The notes below the pieces were generated by a model. The model searched no databases. It saw nothing but the letters and a program-made list of their open reading frames with translations, and was not told the origin of the DNA. The translations under genes and the position numbers were made by a program. DNA of 20,000 bases from an uncultured virus (IMG/VR IMGVR_UViG_3300047444_000174) (lineage: Duplodnaviria; Heunggongvirae; Uroviricota; Caudoviricetes): IMG/VR virus record IMGVR_UViG_3300047444_000174, one strand, 5' to 3'. How positions within the stretch are numbered: position 1 is the stretch's first letter; every line of letters begins with the position of its first letter. This document shows, piece after piece, positions 15,586 to 20,000 of the stretch.

Positions 15586-15930
15586 ATGAACATCTACCGC
15601 TATCAGTTTGTCAGTCACTGTCCGAACAACGACCGTCCGATCATTTACTCACTGGAGATCGAGACGGATTCGGCGATTCAGGTCGAGCATATCGTCACTG
15701 CCTGTTCACTGCACAGGCGTGCATTTCACGAGGCCATCGCGGACGAGTTGCATCAGCGGTTCAATGGGCGGCACGTCCTGAAAGCTCATCACCATGGTGT
15801 AGATATTGAAACTCGACGAGGCTTTGATGACCCGAGTCACGGTCGGCTGATGCAGCGCGTTCAAATTGGCACGACCGTCTACGAGAAGGGTGTCGAAGCC
15901 ATTCGCGCAATTAAAGCCATTTCACACTAA
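15586..15930 (+). CDS. QueF-like (QueF-L) T-fold protein
   Basis: F.SHCPNND N-terminal Cys-Pro, FHEAIADEL His-Glu motif, HHGVDIET strand; GGAG RBS. Confidence 0.62.
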   Translation: MNIYRYQFVSHCPNNDRPIIYSLEIETDSAIQVEHIVTACSLHRRAFHEAIADELHQRFNGRHVLKAHHHGVDIETRRGFDDPSHGRLMQRVQIGTTVYEKGVEAIRAIKAISH

Positions 15931-15939
15931 GGAGATTTC

Positions 15940-16311
15940 ATGCTCGTTTATCTTTGCGGTCCCATCAATGGTTGCACCGATGCCGAATGCAACGACTGGC
16001 GCTCGTATGCGAAAAGCCGCTTGTCCGACACGCTGGACCCGATGCGCCGCGACTACCGCGGACGCGAAGCGGAGTCCGTCAATGAAATAGTCGAACTAGA
16101 CAAGATCGATGTGCAGGAATGCGATGTCGTAATCGCGAACTGCCCGAAACCCAGCGTCGGCACCAGCATGGAAGTGTTCTATGCATGGGAATTGGGCAAG
16201 AAAATTGCCGCAATCGCACCAGAGCCGGTGAGCCCATGGCTGCGCTATCACAGCACCCGGGTGTTCGGAACGATCAAAGAAGCAATTGACTGGATCGAGG
16301 CGCTTGCATGA
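15940..16311 (+). CDS. Nucleoside 2-deoxyribosyltransferase / nucleotide N-glycosidase family protein
   Basis: VYLCGPI, DPMRR, D...V.ECDVV, SVGTSMEVFYAWELGK (catalytic Glu); AAGGAG RBS. Confidence 0.85.
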   Translation: MLVYLCGPINGCTDAECNDWRSYAKSRLSDTLDPMRRDYRGREAESVNEIVELDKIDVQECDVVIANCPKPSVGTSMEVFYAWELGKKIAAIAPEPVSPWLRYHSTRVFGTIKEAIDWIEALA

Positions 16312-17066
16312 TTCCGTATCATGGGTTGCCAATCACGCCAGCAACTGCCGCCGCGCGAGCCATCTCCGGCGGGCATGCGTTCATCTCGTTTCGCCACCCG
16401 GACCAATTATCGCTTGCTCTTGATATTGCTCAGTCGTTCGCGGTGGACAACGGAGCTTTTTCAGCATGGCGAAGCGGCAACCCTGTTACGGACTGGAGTC
16501 GGTATTACGAGTGGGTGGCAGAGCTTCACCGCTACCCACCGTTCGATTTTGCAGTTATTCCCGATGTCATCGACGGGGACGAGGCCGCAAACGATGCGCT
16601 TATCACCGAATGGCCGTGGCGCGAACACGCTCCTTGGGTGGGCGCCCCGGTGTGGCACTTACATGAAAGCCTTGAACGCCTGCAACGACTGGCGATGGAA
16701 TGGCCGCGCATCTGTCTCGGCAGTTCTGGGGAATTCGCTACGGTCGGGTCGACATCTTGGTACATGCGAATGGCGGAGGCAATGGATGTCATTTGTGATC
16801 GAGACGGACGGCCAGTGTGCAAGATTCATGGTTTGCGCATGCTGAACCCGGACATCTTCACCCGCTTCCCCTTCGCCAGCGTCGATAGCACCAACATCGG
16901 CCAGAACATCGGAATCGACTCGGCATGGCGCGGCACTTATCCGCCGGCGACGAAAGAGTCACGCGCGATGGTGATGCGCGAGCGGATCGAGAAAGAGCAG
17001 TCGCCGATCTTTTGGGATCGATCCGCTGCGCCGATTCAGGCCGGGCTAGACCTGTTCGCCGCCTAA
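16308..17066 (+). CDS. tRNA-guanine transglycosylase-fold protein, DpdA-like (deazapurine DNA modification)
   Basis: DNGAFSAW, VIPDVI, PVWH, CLGSSG, IHGL, SVDST motifs of the TGT/DpdA barrel. Confidence 0.68.
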   Translation: MIPYHGLPITPATAAARAISGGHAFISFRHPDQLSLALDIAQSFAVDNGAFSAWRSGNPVTDWSRYYEWVAELHRYPPFDFAVIPDVIDGDEAANDALITEWPWREHAPWVGAPVWHLHESLERLQRLAMEWPRICLGSSGEFATVGSTSWYMRMAEAMDVICDRDGRPVCKIHGLRMLNPDIFTRFPFASVDSTNIGQNIGIDSAWRGTYPPATKESRAMVMRERIEKEQSPIFWDRSAAPIQAGLDLFAA

Positions 17067-17113
17067 CCCCATCCGCGCAGCGCGCGAAGCAATCGAACAA
17101 GGAGTGAGAGACC

Positions 17114-17596
17114 ATGAGCAATGAAGACGCAGTGCCGAAAGACGATCAACAGCAAACATTCGGCCCAAATTCTGAACCGCACGGCTGGGCGGTTATGGAA
17201 GTGCTCACACGCGATATGTACGGCGCGCTTCGGAGTCGCACGACGATTCGCGCGAAAGATGGCTTCCTCGACATGGCAATTGAAGAATACGTCGGGACGC
17301 AGGGTCGTGCAAAGCGTACAGACGTGCGTCTGCACGGCGAAGCGCTCGAAGTATTGCGCTCGATTCTCACCCGGCCGGTCGCCGCACCCGTCGCCCCCAC
17401 CGCCGAGCAGGCAGAGGGAGTGCTGGTGGATGCGGATCGGTATCAGTGGCTGCGCCGCCGCGCCGTGATGGTCGATTACAGCGACGAGACCGTTACCAAG
17501 TTGACGCTTTTCAAAAACGAAGGCCCGACAGGCGAATTCCTCGACGACTGGATCGACGGAGAATGTGCTGCTTCATCTACCGGGGAGCAGGCATGA
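17114..17596 (+). CDS. Hypothetical mosaic phage protein (DADRYQWLR motif)
   Basis: AAGGAG RBS; ATGA overlap downstream. Confidence 0.75.
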   Translation: MSNEDAVPKDDQQQTFGPNSEPHGWAVMEVLTRDMYGALRSRTTIRAKDGFLDMAIEEYVGTQGRAKRTDVRLHGEALEVLRSILTRPVAAPVAPTAEQAEGVLVDADRYQWLRRRAVMVDYSDETVTKLTLFKNEGPTGEFLDDWIDGECAASSTGEQA

Positions 17597-18117
17597 ACTC
17601 ACACGTGTGCGCGTTCTATGCAAGCAAGTTGGCATATGACCCACTGACCGGCACTGTGATCCGCAAGGATGGACGCTTCGCAGGAGTGCCAGTAACGAGC
17701 CGAACCTACAAGGGTTACGGTTCATGGAATAGCGGCGGTAAAACCCGCGTGCTCCATCGGGTCGTTTGGGCAATCTTTTACGGCAATGAATCGAGCCTGT
17801 CCATCGACCATATCAACGGTGACAAGTTCGACAACCGCATCGAGAACCTGCGCGAGTGCACGAATGCCCAGAACAATCAAAACAAGGGTATCGGCGCGAA
17901 GAACACGACCGGCTACAAAGGCGTCACGTTTTCTTCGCATGAGCAGAAATTCGTATCGTTCGTGAACGTCAATGGCAAGCCAAAACGAACTGGCTATTTC
18001 GACACGCCAGAAGAAGCCGCACACGCCTACAACAAGGCGGCGATCAAACACCACGGCGAATTCGCTCGGCTGAATGTGCCCGGCCTTCCTGCAAACCTGA
18101 CAGCGAGACAATCATGA
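17593..18117 (+). CDS. HNH endonuclease with AP2 domain
   Basis: YDPLTG, HRVVW, IDHINGDKFDNRIENLR, NTTGYKGV, AAHAYNKAA..HHGEFARLN. Confidence 0.92.
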   Translation: MNSHVCAFYASKLAYDPLTGTVIRKDGRFAGVPVTSRTYKGYGSWNSGGKTRVLHRVVWAIFYGNESSLSIDHINGDKFDNRIENLRECTNAQNNQNKGIGAKNTTGYKGVTFSSHEQKFVSFVNVNGKPKRTGYFDTPEEAAHAYNKAAIKHHGEFARLNVPGLPANLTARQS

Positions 18118-19139
18118 GCAACAAAGACGACGAACTGCTATCTGCAAGCAAACCTGCCGCGCTCGAAGGGTGGAAGATGGTGCCGGTTGAGCCGACGCCC
18201 GAGATGATTCTAAAAGGCGGAATAATCACCCTTGGGATGCCGCTCAACGAACGCTCCGTCAAATGCATCTATGCCGCTATGTTGTCCGTTTCGCCAGACG
18301 CTGCCGAGCCAGCGCAATCGGGGGAGCGGGAAGCGTCAGCCTACGAGACGCTTTTACAAGCTCTTGGCTATCCGTGGCTTCCGTGTCCCATCTGCAAAGG
18401 AACAGAAGGCTGCGACCATCCGTACCCTGAACGTGCGCGCGCCGCGCTATCCGCCCCGCAACCATCCCAGCCCGTGGAGGATGGGGAGACTTCGTCGGAC
18501 GCGGCGCGGATCGAGCGCTTGCGCAAAGGGCTGTTCGAAGCCCGCGACGCGATGCGCGTCATGAGCAATTGGGTGAAGAAGTCAGACCCTGCTGGCCATA
18601 GCTGGGCCGCACAGATGGTTGATCGTGCGAATGACATTTTGAGTCACGCGCCGACTGCTGCCGTGGTGCTGGACGATAAGCGGGCGGCATGGAACACCGC
18701 GTACGAGAAAGGCTACGCGGATGGATGGAGCAAAGGCCCATATGCCCGCGCCGCATCCCCGCAAGCCACCGTGTACTCGCTGTTCTCGTCATCCGATCGG
18801 CGCAATTTCGGACACCTTTCACCACAAGAGTTCGTCAACGCGGTCATCGAGGCAGTGCGGGCGCAAGCCACGGCGACGCAGCCCTGTATCGCGCCTGGCT
18901 GTTATCAGTGGGATGGCACCGATTCGTGCACGTGCCAGAAGGCCACGGCGACGCAGCCAGCACAGACGGACGATCGTAGCGCGATTCTCGAAGAAGCCGC
19001 AAAGGTATGCGACGCACGCGAGGACTGGTACCTGGAAGATGACTGTCGCGGTCAAGCTTGCGCAGCGGCCGGTTGCGCAAAAGATATTCGCGCCCTCCTG
19101 ACCGCCGCGCAGCCAGCAAGCGGAGCCGACCATGAGTGA
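18114..19139 (+). CDS. Ead/Ea22-like mosaic phage protein
   Basis: GWKMVPVEPTPEM, Ala/Pro/Gln linkers, Cys modules, AILEEAAKVC...IRAL. Confidence 0.8.
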   Translation: MSNKDDELLSASKPAALEGWKMVPVEPTPEMILKGGIITLGMPLNERSVKCIYAAMLSVSPDAAEPAQSGEREASAYETLLQALGYPWLPCPICKGTEGCDHPYPERARAALSAPQPSQPVEDGETSSDAARIERLRKGLFEARDAMRVMSNWVKKSDPAGHSWAAQMVDRANDILSHAPTAAVVLDDKRAAWNTAYEKGYADGWSKGPYARAASPQATVYSLFSSSDRRNFGHLSPQEFVNAVIEAVRAQATATQPCIAPGCYQWDGTDSCTCQKATATQPAQTDDRSAILEEAAKVCDAREDWYLEDDCRGQACAAAGCAKDIRALLTAAQPASGADHE

Positions 19140-19638
19140 GCGCGAACAGTTCGAGGCGGAAATTCGGCTCCGCATCGCCTACGATCCATCGACAGGAAAG
19201 TTGTATTGGAAGAAAAGCCCAAATCGAAACTTGCCGATAGGAAGAGAGATCGGGAAGCCCAACTCTTGGGGGCACCTCAGTTTTGGATTCCGCGGCAGGA
19301 CATGGATGGCCCATCGCGTCGCATGGCTTCTGCACTACGGGTCTTGGCCAGAGAATCAGATTGATCACATCAACGGAATCAAGGCCGACAATCGCATCGA
19401 AAACCTGAGAGACGTCAGCCAGAGCATCAATCTGCAAAATCAGCGCGCTCCACATCGAAACAACAAGTCTGGATTCTTGGGCGTGACGCTTAGGGGGGAT
19501 GGCCGTCCCAACCCGTACAGGGCATGCATAAAGATCAACGGGAAGAATATTAATCTGGGGAGCTTCTCTAGTGCGGAAGAGGCACACGCCGTCTACCTCG
19601 AATCGAAGCGAAAGATTCATGCAGGAGGAATGCTGTGA
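19132..19638 (+). CDS. HNH endonuclease with AP2 domain
   Basis: YDPSTG, AHRVAW, IDHINGIKADNRIENLR, NKSGFLGV, LGSF...EEAH. Confidence 0.92.
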   Translation: MSEREQFEAEIRLRIAYDPSTGKLYWKKSPNRNLPIGREIGKPNSWGHLSFGFRGRTWMAHRVAWLLHYGSWPENQIDHINGIKADNRIENLRDVSQSINLQNQRAPHRNNKSGFLGVTLRGDGRPNPYRACIKINGKNINLGSFSSAEEAHAVYLESKRKIHAGGML

Positions 19639-19889
19639 CTGACGACGACATCAAGCGCATGCATCTGGAAACGACAGGCTTCGATCTGGATGCGAGTGAG
19701 TCGGCGTTAATCGACTTCGCCCGCGTCATCGAGCAAGCATCCCGCCGCGCTGCGCTGGAGGAAGCGTGGACTATCTGCAATGCCAACGCAGCGAAGCTCA
19801 AAGACTCGAAGGAAACGGCATCCGGATATGTCGCATGCGTTCTGACTGCCGATGACATACGCGCGCTTGCCAAGGGAGACAAAGTATGA
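19635..19889 (+). CDS. Hypothetical protein (FARVIE...RAALEEA...IRAL)
   Basis: GGAGG RBS, GTGA overlap. Confidence 0.75.
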   Translation: MTDDDIKRMHLETTGFDLDASESALIDFARVIEQASRRAALEEAWTICNANAAKLKDSKETASGYVACVLTADDIRALAKGDKV

Positions 19890-20000
19890 GTGACCTGATT
19901 AAGCGGCTGCATGAAGCCGACCTCTCGGCCATCAAAAAGGCCTGCGAAATTCTCGACGGCCTGCCACAAGATGCCATTGACGGTGGCTGGACTGCGCGCG
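19886..20000 (+). CDS. Ead/Ea22-like protein, 5' part (MSDLIKRLHEADLSAIKKACEILDGLPQDAIDGGWTAR...)
   Basis: GGAG RBS, ATGA overlap; open to window edge. Confidence 0.7.
   Translation, partial: MSDLIKRLHEADLSAIKKACEILDGLPQDAIDGGWTAR

Larger units (their letters stand above)
1..20000. mobile_element. Lambdoid prophage/temperate phage early region (immunity, replication, recombination, accessory genes)
   Basis: Divergent cI/cro with operators, replication genes on one side, RecT/exonuclease and many small ATGA-coupled ORFs on the other; no host housekeeping genes in the window. Confidence 0.96.

Noticed and set aside
18844..19620. 258-aa minus-strand ORF
   Set aside because: Antisense to well-supported HNH and Ead-like genes

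Overview
Early region of a lambdoid temperate (pro)phage. The host is probably a Burkholderiales bacterium, which is inferred from GC content and gene families and not proven. A central immunity switch (cI 5396-6193, cro 4957-5292, with readable PR/PL promoters and 16-bp palindromic operators) drives two operons. The leftward operon carries cII-like, Rep N-terminus, SF2 helicase, Zn-ribbon/TOPRIM primase, VRR-NUC and nin-like genes. The long rightward operon carries many small accessory genes, a P22 gp17-like gene, RecT, YqaJ exonuclease, three HNH-AP2 endonucleases and Ead/Ea22-like mosaic genes. Highlights: (1) a complete type II hammerhead ribozyme (7536-7638) at the head of a ~900-nt non-coding array of abutting long RNA stems in the PL transcript; (2) a compact QueF-like + nucleoside deoxyribosyltransferase-like + DpdA/TGT-like cassette (15586-17066) suggesting minimal, host-precursor-dependent 7-deazaguanine DNA modification; (3) a separately promoted two-gene membrane module in the rexAB position; (4) two apparent +1 frame breaks (Rep/helicase junction and a C8 run). 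Family assignments come from motif recognition by eye; no database search was run.
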